Assembly: GCF_036588685.1 (NCBI RefSeq)
Contig: NC_086374.1
Location: 17,732,001-17,796,000 of the forward strand
DNA from: Mytilus trossulus
Lineage: Eukaryota
Direction: 5' to 3'
Length of the DNA stretch: 64,000 nucleotides
The notes below the pieces were generated by a model that was not told the origin of the DNA, searched no databases, and was given only the letters and a program-made list of their open reading frames with translations. Of this stretch, positions 23,116 to 36,179 are shown in pieces. Positions within the stretch are counted from its first letter, which is position 1. Each line of letters opens with the position of its first letter. Both the position numbers and the translations under genes were made by a program.

Positions 23116-26100
23116 TTATAAATGTACATGATCAAAATAAAAGTCTGCAAGCTTATTAAGAATGTTTTGCATTACAGCTTTGTCTGGATAAATTCTTTCA
23201 ATATGGATGTCCTTCTTTGTATAGACTACAAAATCACAAAACTGAGAACCTGTTACAAGTAATTGACCTTGTACCTGAATAAAATAATCATGACTGATTT
23301 TTAATTTCGGTCCATTTTCAGACAACTCTAAACAAAAGTCTGCACCCTGCATTGCGTCAGTGATTAGGTTATCTCTTTGGCTAAATGGACATTTAATTTC
23401 CATAATTCCAGTTACACCATTGTCACATATTTTGGCATCTGGAGTAGCACCAATAAAAGGGTACCTCGGGTTAACTACAAACCCACAATCATGAACATGA
23501 TGGCCAGAAGTTTGAACATATGAGTTTCTAGCTTTTATTTCATTGTTTCTTCCATATGATGTTGCTTTACTAGTGAAAGGCTTTGGCTTCATTATGGAAA
23601 GAATGAACTTGTCATTAATTGCAGCTTTTCTTTTGACAATTCTATGAAAGTTTGATGCTGTTATTCTCTTTTCTCTTTCCTTGAACCACTTTTCACATTG
23701 AGCTTGTTCTCTGGTCTGTTCTTCTATAATGTTTACTTCATCATTTGAAATGGTGTCTATCAAAGTGTTGTATTTTTCTGATAAAACAGATTGACCATTT
23801 TCTTTCGGAAAAACTAAATCTCCACAAACAGTTTCCACTGGAACTATCTCTCTCTGTGAATAAAAGTCTGCCTAAAAAGAAAGGGGATTGTTAAAATTTT
23901 AATATTTAAGGAAATAATTGAAATTATTTTACTGTTTATGGAGAAATAACATAAAAAAATGGTGCACACTGGTTTTTGTCTAGCCTTATGATCATAAGAT
24001 AGTATCCAGAAGTAAATTTAAAAAAAATAAAATTCCATTTTTTTCCGTATTTTACTTATAAATGGACTTAGTTTTTTCCGCAGGGAAACATTACATTCAC
24101 TCTGTGGTTAGAGTTTTTAGAATTTTAATAACATTCTTAAACTATACTTGATTTGTACCAAACTTGGACAGAAGCTTGTTTATGATCATAAAATAGTATC
24201 CAGAAGTAAATTTTGTAAAAAAATAAATCCATTTTTTCTGTATTCTACTCTTAAATGGACTTAGTTTTTCTGCGGGGAAACATTACATTCACTCTGGTTA
24301 AAGTTTTTAAAAAATTAATAACTTTCTTAAACTATCCTTGGTTTGTACCAAAATTGGCCAGAAGCTTATTTATGATCATAAGATAGTATCCAGAAGTAAA
24401 TTTTGTAAAAAGATAACTCCATTTTTTCTGTACTTTAATATTAAATGGACTTAGATTTTCTTACAGTTAACATTACATACAGTCTAGATCTGCAGTTAAA
24501 GTTTTCAAAACATTTATTAGTTTCATTAACTATCCTAGATTTTTACCAAACTTGGACAGAAGCTTCTTACAATCATAAGATAGTATCAAGAGGAATATTT
24601 TCATTGATTTTTTGCCTCATTTTTGTTGAGCCTGAGATTAATAGTAAAAATAGGCGAGACACTGGGTTCTGCGGAACCCTTACAATTTTTTTTATTTTTA
24701 AGTCTGCACCACAATATTTAATGTTATTACTAATTGACAGATAAAATATATCAGTTTTTTCTGATAATTTAATTCTAAATTCTCTTTTATACTGGAGTAA
24801 AACATGAAATAAAGTTGACGACATCAGGCTCACATCAATAAATTTTGTCTATGAACTGATAGACAAAACAACGTCATCAAATCAATTTTTTTCTGATCTG
24901 TTTGAAACTAAAAAAAATCAGATTCCAACTTTTTTTTTTTCTTTAACAAACATATATTTAAAAGTCACAAGAATCTAATGATATTTTTTATATTTCAGGG
25001 GCTGACCCAATTGATATTCTGTCTCTAACAGTGCAAAAGGAGATTTTGGAGAGAGACCTTGCAAGAAAAATATTGGATAATGAAAAGCTAACATTGAATA
25101 ATGCATCCAGGAAATCCCAGAAAATATTTCAAGTTCAACAGAGGGAAAGGTCAATTTTTTCAGCTGAAAACTTTACTAAAGATGACAAAATGTTGAGATA
25201 CTACAGTGGCTTTAACAATACTGAATTTAATGCAGTTTTTAAGTTTTTAGTGCCAGATTCATCAAATTATCCCTTAAAAATGTCAAAGAATATGAAGATA
25301 AAGATAAAAATCAAGGACCAGTTTTTTTTTACATTATGTAAATTGAGAAATAATTTGGACTTTACAGATTTGGGATACAGATTTCAAATATCTACACAAG
25401 ACTGTAGTTCACTTTTTTGTGACTGGATAAATTTCATGTACTTAAGGTTTGGAGCAGTATGTACTTGGCCGCCACGTGACATGATTATTAAAAATATGCC
25501 TGAAAATTATAAAAGGGATTTTCCTAATACTTTGGCAATAATTGATGGTACAGAAATCAAAATACAGAAGCCTTCTTCTCTGCATGCACAGTCACAGTCA
25601 TATTCAAATTACAAGTCTACAAACACTTTAAAAGCTTTGGTAGCAGTTGATCCTAGAGGGTCACTTTTATTTACTTCATGTTTATTTTCTGGTGCTATAT
25701 CAGACAAAGATATATTTGAACAATCGGGATTAAAGAAGATGTTACAAAACTTAGTACAGCATGGTCATATCAAGGAAGGTGATGGTATTATGGCAGACAA
25801 GGGTTTTAATATTCATAAAGAAGTTGAAGATTGCAAACTGAAGTTAAACATCCCACCTTTTGCTAATGCTGGATTACAAATGACTCAAGCAGATGCACTT
25901 TTAACAAAGAAGATTGCTGCACATCGCGTACATGTTGAGCGTACTATAGGTTCTGTGAAGAAGTTTAAAATAGTTGGACAAAAAGTACCTTTATCTTTGT
26001 TTGGACGTGTTAACCAGATTTGGAATGTATGTTGTTTTTTAACAACTTTTCAAAAACCAATTATTCGTCGAAAATAATTACATGTATTTAAGTACAATGA

Positions 26101-29100
26101 ACATGTGTCTGTTTTTTGTTCATATTTTCAATTAAGGGCATACAATACAGTTTTGGTCCTATATTTACAAGTTGATGAAAATATGCATCTAGGCTATTGT
26201 TTACCTGATCATAAAATCAAATATGTTATAAAAAATATACCTTCATGTGGTACTTTTTGAGTAAAATGAGGTAGAAATATTGTATACTCAAAATACAGAA
26301 TTCTAGCCGTATTTTCTTTTTCAAAAGAAAGACAAAACTTTAACATTTTTGTTTTATAAGATAAACCCAAATTGTTTTTTGTTAAATTATCGATAATTTC
26401 TGTATTTATAAGTATCCTAAAAAATTATGCAATTTTTATTCAGAAATAACTCATATTTATCAAATGTTAATGAATTGAGAAAGAAAAACACCATTTTTTG
26501 CTGTATGTTTGTCAAAATTAAAAAAAATCCACTATTTACAGTTTTATAAATCCTTGCAAAATGGAACAAATCGCCGTTTTAAAAAAAAGGGGTCCATGAA
26601 CTTGTTTTTAAGATAAATCAGTTTGAATGATAAAAATCAGTTTTTCCAGACAAGTCATAGTTTGACGTCGCAAAAATAACAATTTACATTAAAAACCTTA
26701 TTACCTCCCCTGTAACTGTATCGTATGCCCTTATCTTAGAATTTAGCTAATTCATTTACTTTAAATTCAGAACATAAGGATTTCATATTCAGGATCAGGA
26801 CCCCTCCTGTCCTCCCTCATTAGCATATTGCATTAAACATTTAAGTATAGTATGCACTAGTTCAACCAATAACTTGAAACAAAAGACATGTACAGCTTAC
26901 AAGTATTTAATACTCAGTCACAGTGGCGGATCCAGAGGGGGGTTTCTGGGGTCAGTTAGATTCAGCATATCAAAGAACCCCAGAACTTAATTTTTGTTGA
27001 AGATTAGTTTTCGACCCTAATTTGGACCAACTTGAAAACTTGATAACAATGGTTCATAATTAAAAATCTAAATACATGTTTTGATGCAGCATTTCAAATA
27101 ACTACCAAACATTTTATTTGTGTTAAAATCAAACCAAGTTTAGTTTTCCACCCTTTGGACCTTAATGTAAACCAATATGAAAATTGGACCCAAAATTATA
27201 AATCTGAATACACAGTTGGATTCAGCTTATAAAAGAACCCCAAGAATTCTATTTTTTTTTAAAATCACACCAAGTTTAGTTTTGGGCCCTTTGGACCTTA
27301 ATGTAAACCAATATGGAAATTGGACCCAAAATTAGAAATCTAAATACACAGTTAGATTTAGCATACAAAAGAACCCCAAGTATTCAATTTTTGAAGAAAT
27401 CAAACTAAGTTTAATTTTGGACCCTTTGGACCTTAATGTAGGCCAATTTGATAACAGTACCTAAATTAAACTTTTAGATACACAGTTAGATTCAGTATAA
27501 TAAAAAATACCTGGAATTCAATTTTTTTTTAAGTTTAATTTTGGACCCTTTGGGCCGTAATGTAGACCAATTCATCAATATGGTACTTATATTTAACCTT
27601 TAGGTACACAGTCAGACTCAGCATATTAAAGAACCCAAATAATAAAATTCTTAATAAAATCGAACAAGTTTATATACAAATTATTAGAAAAGTATTGTTT
27701 ATAATTTGAATTTAACTTACTTGAGTACTTAATGCACTTCCAAGTGGAAAGGGTCCATAACTTGTGTCCTGCATGACTGGTGTGTTGTGTGCTAGATAGC
27801 TGATGGGATAACCTTTTAAGCTGTTCAGATATGAAATGTCTGATTCTTTTACTTGGATCTTCCTGCAATCATAGACATTATTTTATAAATATTACTTATT
27901 GTACTTCGAACAAATAATTAAAGACATTGTTAATTAGACTTACATGTACATTTAGGAGCACATCTATGGCATTTAGAGGAGCAGTATTAAACCTACTAAA
28001 TAATAATATGATTAGACTTAAGAGAAGGTAATCAAGTTACACTGTATTTTTTTTGTTGAAAATGCAACATATATATATATATATGACCTGAAAGACAATG
28101 ATATCACATACTGTACAGTGCCATTACAGCTTTTCTATAAAAGCCTGCAAAGCAAACCTTTGATTATTTATTAATACCTTATAATTGTAAATTTCTTAAT
28201 ACACAGAAACAATATGCAGAACAAGGTAAATAAGCTATGTGCAGTATGAGAAGAACTGCATCATCGTTATGTTAAAATGTATTTACAATGCTTAGTCTTT
28301 TTGATACTTATGTTAGTAGCATATTAATGTATGGGTGTGAAATATGGGGAGTACACAAATCTCCTATGATAGAAAAGGTCCATTTGGACTTCTGCAAAAT
28401 GATATTGGGTGTCAAAAGAAAGACCTAAAACGTGATGGTTTATTTTGAATTAGGTAGATTTCCACTGCAGTATGAGCGTGACTATAGAATACTTAAATTT
28501 TGGTTCAAAATTTTGAATGGTGACAATTGTATATTATTTAGGTCTTGTTATAAAAAAGTTGTGTGAAATTGTTCAAAATGTTTGAATTGGGCAACATATG
28601 TAAAAAGATTGATATTTAGTCTTGTTATGAATAATTTGTGGAATAATCAGTGGTTTAGGAGTAATAGAGGATGAATTTCATTTTATTCTTCAATGTAGTA
28701 GATATACTGACTGGCGAAAAAAATATACGAAAAGTATTCCTGGTCTAGGCAATCAACTTTTAAATTAATAGTTTCGACTTGATCTGAGTTTTTTGATAAT
28801 GATTTGATTTTTGGTGTTTTCACACCACTTTTAAGCACCACATTTAGGCTATTTCATGGCGGCAAATTTTATTGTTGGAGGAAGCCGGAGTGACCAGAGA
28901 AAAGCACAAACCTTCAAAGTTCAATAGGAATACTGACAATCATAGTCAATTTGATTTGAGTCATGTGCACCGGTATGAGCGGGTTTCAAACTCACAACCT
29001 CAGTGTTGACTGGCTAGTGATTACAGGAGTTACTATTTAAACAACTCAGCCACTGATGCCCCTTTTGTGATAATGAGCATTGTGTATAAGTTGTACATAA

Positions 29101-31420
29101 TATTTGGTTGATGCTAACTTAAGTAAGAGAAAGGAAACGATAAAAGAGGGTGGACAAAGGTACACTTAGTTCGCCCTTTGCATAGTGGGTAGTCATTAAA
29201 ACAATATGTAAACTTCACACTACATGTACATTTCTTATTACTTTGCTCTTACCTATTGTCAATCAATGAATTTTTCAATGGCTTTCTTTTTCTGTCCATC
29301 TTTGGTTTGACAATAATCATGCTTGGAGCAGGAACAGCTTTAATCTCTTTCCCACGTGGCTTTCCCCATTGCTGTGGTAAACTAGTGCAGCATAATTCTG
29401 CAGGTGGCTCTGTAAGACCCATCATTTGCCATTGAACTAATCCTTGTATTAAGCCCACAATATGGGAACAGCATCCACTCAGACTGTAATAAAATACAGA
29501 AACATGAAATGTGTTATTTTCATGCCAAATATATAAATACATGTACAAGTATAACATGTACAAGGGGCAAGGTTGACAAAAAATAGGTCAATACTAGTAT
29601 TTACCATGCCAGTGGTAAATACCAGGAAATATTGGTGAGTACTGGTTGCAGATTTAAATTTTTTGTGGTCGATTCTATAAAAACCACTCTCTACTTAGTC
29701 AATAATTGTCAATGTCAGTAATAAAATAATGAAAGTGTTCAAGTCATTTAATGCATTTATTTTAAATTCATAATTATAAACATTGATTTAAATTGATACA
29801 TTAGTACATAATACTAAAGTAAAAGATAGTAACTGTTTCGTCCCTGCCAAGGGTACTCATCAGGTGGCTTTTTAAAGGCTACCACTACAGTTTTCTTTTC
29901 CTTTATTTTTTTTCTCTTTTATTCTTTTTTTCTTATTATATTCTCTTTTTTCTGATTCAAATATTTGTATACCAATATATTATGTATATTTAAGGGGATA
30001 TATATATACATGTATACATACATTTGTATAACATAATTAAGGGATGATCTTGGTTAAGCATGAAATTTGATTGTTTACCTTTACAAGGGTATAAGGGTCC
30101 ACATGCATGTACCCTCAACAGTCCCCACCCCCAAACAAAAAATAAAGGTTCCAAAATTTGAAATCTGGGCACCAAAACATAATTTATCTAATAAATTTTT
30201 ATAAATCTGTTCGAACCTTTCCAAAGGGGATCAAAAGATACATGTACATAACTGTTACAGGAAGTATATCATGTACATGTATATTGAGCCTACATTTTTT
30301 TTGTACATCATTATAATATATGGTATACATGTGAAGATCTTGAACAAAATATATACATATTATATTTCTTAGTGCATATTCTCGTCTGTGTATTTCCTAT
30401 TACTCTCCCTAGTTTGTAAGCTCAAAAATAGCCTACATTGTACACGTACCTACCCTAAAGTTTATTTTTTTATTTTTCAAGAGGCATTTCACACTGTTCA
30501 AGTCAAAATGTCTCTCCAATAAACACGATGGACTCAATGTTAAACGAAAAAAGATGGGGGGGGGGGGGGGGGGGGGGGGTAATCCTTCCCTGCCCTATAT
30601 TTTCCAAAGAAGTAACAGGAAACATGCATATACACATGTAACTTGGTTTTGGCCTCTCAGGATAAATTAATACAGAAAAGGGGAGCTTTATACTAATTAA
30701 AAAGATATATATATATAGCCACACACCCAACACTACCCCTAAAAAATAAATGGTATTTCCCTTACAATAGACAAAACCATTGCCATGCATACATATATAT
30801 GCAATGTTTTTGTATGGCACTGTATAAAAATCACAAAGAAGTGGGACAGTTCCCCTTATCCTAAAGGAACATACTTCTTTTGTGGAAAAAAGAGACTTGA
30901 CAGAATATTTTTGTAATGTCAGATATACAACTAACAACGGAACCGCTGTACCCTTGCTGTCAATCCAGGGGTGCGTCTATATTGGCGAAATCTCAAAGTA
31001 CATAGTTACAGACATAGCCATGTAGTAAAAAAAGGGGGGCGTTACGTTTTATGGTTGAGAGGATTACATGGATTATGATTACAACTGAATCGACATGCAG
31101 ATAAAATTAATGATTGAAAAATAAACGTACCCTGCAGTGCATGAACAGTTGGAAAGTTCTATCTGTCCTCCATTAACATCGATCTCAACACTGTGTGGTA
31201 TCTCGTTCTTTCGTTGACTTCTATGACATTTTGCGGAGATGTTTACTGTCTGCTCAACGACTTGTTTCAACATTTTCACATTATGAATATATCCCTCGCT
31301 GAAATATTTGAAACCAGTCTGCTTGCATTTCAAAGAAATTTCACAATTAAGATACCCCAACTGGAAATTGTTTGGCAGATCAGACAAACTTGCCGCACGA
31401 TAAGGCTTGGCGGTCGCCAT
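23116..31420 (-). CDS. SWIM zinc finger + YqaJ/lambda-exonuclease accessory protein, complement(join(23116..23871,27721..27862,29253..29483,31131..31420)), ~472 aa
   Basis: CSCTAG|LSGCCSH SWIM motif crosses intron 1; CTSLPQQW, GPFPLGSALSTQ; YqaJ motifs RITASNF, YG..NE, GATPD, EIKCP, YFIQVQGQ. Phases 2,2,0 are consistent and the frame is open. Confidence 0.88.
23985..24682 (+). mobile_element. Helentron/HINE-like remnant with ~190-bp internal tandem repeats
   Basis: tatgatcataagatagtatccagaagtaaattt recurs at ~23987, 24181, 24370, 24572; ends with ggcgagacact plus the hairpin gggttctgcggaaccc. Confidence 0.6.
26135..26731. mobile_element. MITE in TTAA-like context (Kolobok/piggyBac-like)
   Basis: AGGGCATACAATACAGTT / AACTGTATCGTATGCCCT inverted termini. 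Confidence 0.7.
26950..27670. repeat. Degenerate ~122-bp tandem array, about 6 units
   Basis: cagttagattcagcatat..aagaacccc..ccctttggaccttaatgta recurs at ~122-bp spacing. Confidence 0.75.
28190..28660 (+). pseudogene. Decayed C-terminal LINE (CR1/L2-like) ORF2 fragment
   Basis: Translates to YGCEIWG..IEKVHLDFCKMILGVKRKT*NVMVYFELGRFPL with stops. Confidence 0.7.
28801..29063 (-). mobile_element. tRNA-derived SINE
   Basis: Minus strand GGGGCATCAGTGGCTGAGTTG (A box) ... GTGAGTTTGAAACCCG (B box), central ctccggcttcctcc..ccgccatgaaatagc, (AAATC)n-like tail. Confidence 0.7.
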
Positions 31421-32756
31421 CTTTTTCGCTTTGTTTGTCTGAGTCTCCGTGACAATAGCTAATTAGCATAAATGGGCGGAGCATAACCCAATATGGGCGA
31501 TAGGTGAATTCAACGTTGAATGTTGGTTTATTCCTTAACGTTGAAAATGTTACGTTGTTTCAACGTTGAATATACGTTGATCACATTTCAACCTCATTTC
31601 AACGTTTATTAAACGTTGAGTGCCTGCTGGGGCGATTATGTCATAGTTTGGATAAGTTTGACATGACGGTGTATAGTGTTGTTTATGACAATCAATGCCA
31701 AAATGTAAACATTGGGATATTTGTAAAAAGAGCTTTTGACCATATTAGATTCAAGCTGGTAAGTATTTTTGTATATAGTTGAATGATATGTTAGTACATC
31801 AAAAGTTGTATCATATAGTGCCAAATCCTTTAACACAGAACAGCTTACGTATGTCAAAAAGTTGCTGTCTGGTTTCTCGTGCATAAAACATTATTATTCG
31901 CTTTCTGTCTGTCATATCACATATCTCTATATGTGATATAAAACTGACGTCAACTTTTTCGAAAAATACCTACTTTTGCGCACTATTCAAAATTACTCAA
32001 AAAACTGTGTCATGGTTTCGTTCATGATCGATCATGTTCGACATGATTCAGCCGGTTATGGGATTCTAGTCATGTATAATGGAGAATAACGACCAAAATA
32101 AACAAGTCATTTGAAACACAAAAGGACATATGAACGCACATACAATGTATTAAAGTCGATGCAATGAGACAACTATTCGCCCGAGATCAAATGACCTAGA
32201 TGTAAGCAACTATATGTCACCACAAAGCATTCAACAATGGGCAAAACCATACCTTTTAGCAAGTTATTAATTTTAAAAGGCTGCGACAAAATTAAATGTA
32301 GAAGAATTAAAATGAAAAAAGCAACAGCCTGATTTCTGTCCAAACAATACAAAACTAGAAAAAACGTTATCCTGAATATTCAAAATTAAATTTTGCTGTT
32401 TCCAGCAAAGCAAGCCAACAGTTTTGCCAAAATCAATTCTTTAAATTTCAATTCTTTATTTTTTCAATGATATTAACAATGTAGGCCTACCACTCCATAC
32501 ATAATACTAGATCTCAGGAGCTTTTTCAGATATTATCGAAACTTTATTGCATAAAAAGTAAAATATTTGAATAACACACCATGCATTTGGGTGTCGCATC
32601 GCTTGAGAAACGAAACTATATCACGCAATAAATAAATTAATAATACGCGTAAAAAGTGTACAACACAAAATTTAAAAAAAAGAAGGAAAAGGTTTTAAAA
32701 AATTTAAAAAAAAGAAGGAAAAGGTTTTAAAATTTTTTTTAAAAAGAAGGAAAAGC

Positions 32757-32851
32757 TGAAGACCTGTTGGTGACCTTCTGCTGTTGGTTTTTTTATTTGG
32801 TCGGGTTGTTGTCTCTTTGACACATTCCCCATTTCCATTCTCAATTTTATA
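32757..32851 (+). repeat. Isolated extreme 3' tip of the Naiad-type element seen at 38331 and 49401
   Basis: tgaagacctgttggtgaccttctgctg...cacattccccatttccattctcaattttat matches 39400-39490. Confidence 0.85.
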
Positions 32852-32933
32852 ACTTGTCAAATATCCTACATAAGTAACACATACACTTGTTTTTGAAATT
32901 TACAAAAATACTTATGTATACATAAACACATTC

Positions 32934-33370
32934 TGTATATAATTCGTCTAAATAACAGGACATCAATGTTAGATCTGAGAATTTGCGGAAGCACATTTTT
33001 GTACTGCCATGGCTGGGATTCAAACTCATGTTACTGAGATATCGTGGCATCGCCTTGCACTATGCCCGGCGCGCTAGACCACTCGACCATCTAGGCTCGG
33101 CAAAAATCAAGTATTCGGTAGCCTAGTGTTACCTTTCCTCGTCACTTTTTATTTAGCGTCGTAACACAGTACATGAGGTATAATGTCAACTTCCAAGCAA
33201 GGACCGAATCTCATAAAGTCGGCAATCAAATGGTAAACGCAGGACTTCGGGAAAGTTCGGAGAGCCGACAAACTTGCTTCGGAAGTTTGTATAAGGCATG
33301 TTGATGGAATATTACAGATCAGCTGAATTATCTATTATATCGTAGAGGATCTAAACAAATTAATGTCTCG
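32934..33370 (-). repeat. Diverged single copy of the tRNA-headed 442-bp repeat
   Basis: Matches the 51313 unit (cgtctaaa..caatgttagatctg..gctagaccac..tacagatcagct..ggatc..caaattaatgt) with an internal insertion. Confidence 0.75.
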
Positions 33371-33895
33371 TTCTGTTCGCAAAGAATTTAAGGCAATCAG
33401 AAAATGTTCAGCAAAATCTGGTAATGTCGAGTAATGATATATCACAGATTTATAAATATTTTAGAAAAACATACATTTAGTTATGTTTATACAAATGTGT
33501 TTTCATGCTTTTAATTAATATTATAAAGTTATAAATTATTTATTTATGAACATCTTCAATAAAAAAAAATTGACTGTACTCAGTGTATTTTTAATGCTTG
33601 ATATTGTGATAAATCATTTATAATTATATAAGCTTATTTATTCTCTACTAACATGACTAACATGACTAATCACATCAATGAACAGTTTTATTCAGTGCCG
33701 GGTAAATAGCAAATTTGCTATTTTGTCGGTGCCGGTCAAATAGCCACTACCAAAAAAGTACTTACAGTAACAGGAAGAGCGAACGCCATCGTTCTGAGCT
33801 TAGAGTGCTGCTTTCTAAAAAAAGGAGGTCGAAAAACAGTCTTGTTATCCTTGACGTCATACTAGTATCACACTGATTCGCGCTACTAATACCGC

Positions 33896-35020
33896 AGTCC
33901 CACTAGGCCACGATCGCACTGACAATCTGTGAAAAAAAATGAGAAGCGTGGCCAACTTTGAACATGTTCAAAACAATCGTGGAACGGTCGTGCCGAAATC
34001 AGGTCGTAGAAGAAGCGAAATAAAAGCGCACTAAGGTCGAAGTAAGATCGCAAAGGTCGCTGTACCATCGTAGCAAGACTTAGAGCGTAGCGAAAGCATG
34101 ATTCTATTCGGAGAGACTGCACTACGATTTCACGGCGACGTTATTACGACCTCACTACGACCATCACGCTCTCACCGCGACCCAACTACGCTTCCACTAC
34201 GACTATACCACGTTTACACCACACTGTTCAAGACCACACCATTAGAGCGTTTGTTTCACTGTTTGAATGGTTTAACACTAGTAATTTGTGGGGCTCTTTA
34301 TAGCTTGATTTTCGGTGTGAGCTAAGGCTACGTTTTAAAGGCCGTACCTTCGCCTATAATGGTTTACTTTTATAAATCGTTACTTGGATGGAGAGTTGTC
34401 TCATTGGAACTCATACCACATCTTCCTATATCTATCGACACATATGTGTCATCTCTGCTATCGTTCACTAAATATCGCCATTTGAGCTTTGTGGACCAGC
34501 AAAAGGTTGTGATTTAGGTTGGATTGGTAGGTCCGAAATATCTGCTTGATCAGGATTCGTTACTATCAGAGCTCCCTCTGCCTCTACATCAACCCCTACC
34601 ACCACGTCCGCCTGTTCTAGAAGATGTTGGTGGCATGACTGTATTGTTTCCGAGAAATTTAGTATTAATCAGAAATAAAAAAAAAACGTAGTATAATCGT
34701 GGTTAGAACGTACTATAATCGCAGTAAAAGCGGGATAAGATTATGTTGCATTCGGATAACTCGTGGTATGGTCGTAGTGAGATCGTGATGAGCCTAGAAA
34801 AATCTTGATAAGCGTAGTGAAGTCGCAGAATAAGCGCGGCGAGAACGTGGTACAATCGTTGCGGAGTCGTTGTAGAAGCGAAATGAGGACGTAACTTAGC
34901 ATCGTGAAGACAACGAAAATTTACATTTTCATGCCGATAACACCACGGCCTCACCACGATCTCAATTTATTTTAGATCGCGGTGAGCGTAGTGCGGTTGT
35001 GGTCTAGTGGATCTGGGACT
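33896..35020. mobile_element. Non-autonomous TIR element with CG-rich subterminal repeats (PIF/Harbinger-like), itself carrying a short-repeat insertion
   Basis: AGTCCCACTAGGCCACGATCGCAC vs GTGCGGTTGTGGTCTAGTGG..GGGACT; many YACGA/TCGTR motifs. Confidence 0.65.
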
Positions 35021-36179
35021 TTTAATTGTTATAGGGTGCTCTCAGATATGTAGACATTTTGCTATATATATATTTCAAATAAGATTGCGTCATTTGTCAA
35101 AAAAGCCCTGCACTGTAATCTTAGGTTCGATTTTGACCAACCTAACATAACATGTTTATTAATTATTTGGTGATTATTTTGTTCTACACAAAGTGTTCTC
35201 CGGGGTCTTTTCTGATGATGTATCAACACAAATATAAATTTTTGTCCGGTAATTAGCTTTTACTTTTATTTCATTCAAACAAAGTTGTGATAAAGATAAA
35301 CTTGTTCTTGTTTGCAGAAAACAATAACAACGGAAGACAAAAAGCTCAAACTAATATTAAGAAGAATTTTGAATACTTAAGTTGTTTATTTGCCTTTCAA
35401 CACATGGTTTGATAGGATCCAACCGTAAATGACTCAACTTTTTTTTTATAAATATTTTATATAAAAGATATAACAAAAAATGGAGGTGACACATACGTAT
35501 TGCATAGTACTGTAGTGGTCTCCGGCTCATCGCAAATGTCGCTACCATACATTGTTCATTCAAAATTGGCAGACAAGTCACGATTGAAAGATTTCTTCCC
35601 CCATATTACACACCCGCTCAGTTTCCAGTGGCAGTCCAAGTTTCCCAACCCTTCATGAAGTATATATTTTGAGTAAATGTCTTTAATGTCGACCCGATTT
35701 ATCATTAAAAGTAACACATTTCATTACATATTCAAATTTACTTGGTAAAAAATATTCATATTCAAATTTTCGTAAACAAATCACCAAGGGATCAAAACAA
35801 TTTTATGCTCTTAACTTTCATATAAAGTTGCATAAAAGAAAGGTCTGTTGATCAAGTGTATAGACTACGGGTCCATTGAAAGTAATTCGAACAAACTCAC
35901 TACGAATTTGGTAGAATTTCAAATGTTTCTTATATTTATATTGTTTTTCGGTAAAAATGGTATTGAGTATCTGGTAACACGGTTTATAATTGCCAAAAAT
36001 TGCATCAAAATATTTCACACCAACGCAGTGCGTCAAATTATAAATGATTAAATTGAAAAGCTGAAATCTTTTAGTTATCACCTTTACAATGTCCGTCAGA
36101 CGACCTTATCATATCTTCTTTGAACAGGTTGAAATCTGTGTGACAGAGATAATATAGTTCATGTCTGCATGTAAATGTA

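Larger units (their letters stand above)
18437..26077 (+). pseudogene. THAP + HTH + DDE_Tnp_4 transposase, join(18437..18599,18728..18765,20408..20565,21273..21382,24999..26077), ~515 aa once the MITE in exon 1 is removed
   Basis: THAP motif CCYGVC..FP..W..C..ICSK|HF spans the first intron; IIDGTE, YSNYKSTNT, MADKGF, RVHVER motifs; all splice phases are consistent. Confidence 0.88.
18297..31507. mobile_element. ISL2EU-type (PIF/Harbinger-IS5 group) DNA transposon, ~13.2 kb
   Basis: TIR TCACCTATCGCC / GGCGATAGGTGA; AT TSD (or AATT; the target is palindromic). Removing it restores caacgttaattcaacgttgaa of the host element. Encodes a THAP-DDE transposase and a YqaJ nuclease. Confidence 0.88.
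15399..31631. mobile_element. Non-autonomous EnSpm/CACTA (CMC)-type DNA transposon (~3 kb of its own sequence) interrupted by an ISL2EU element
   Basis: TIR CCCAGCAGGCACTCAACGTT / AACGTTGAGTGCCTGCTGGG; 2-bp TSD GC; many subterminal TCAACGTTGA palindromes at 15411-15555, 18233-18295 and 31510-31620. Confidence 0.8.

Noticed and set aside
23116-23838. YqaJ nuclease as phage-derived or contaminant DNA
   Set aside because: It is the last exon of a spliced gene within TIRs; YqaJ is a known ISL2EU accessory protein.
30555-30579. G25 run and the poly-Pro ORF 30503-30937
   Set aside because: Simple intronic homopolymer; the ORF has no other protein-like signal.
33886-34957. ORFs in the CG-rich block
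   Set aside because: They arise from subterminal repeats of a non-autonomous TIR element; no recognisable domain.
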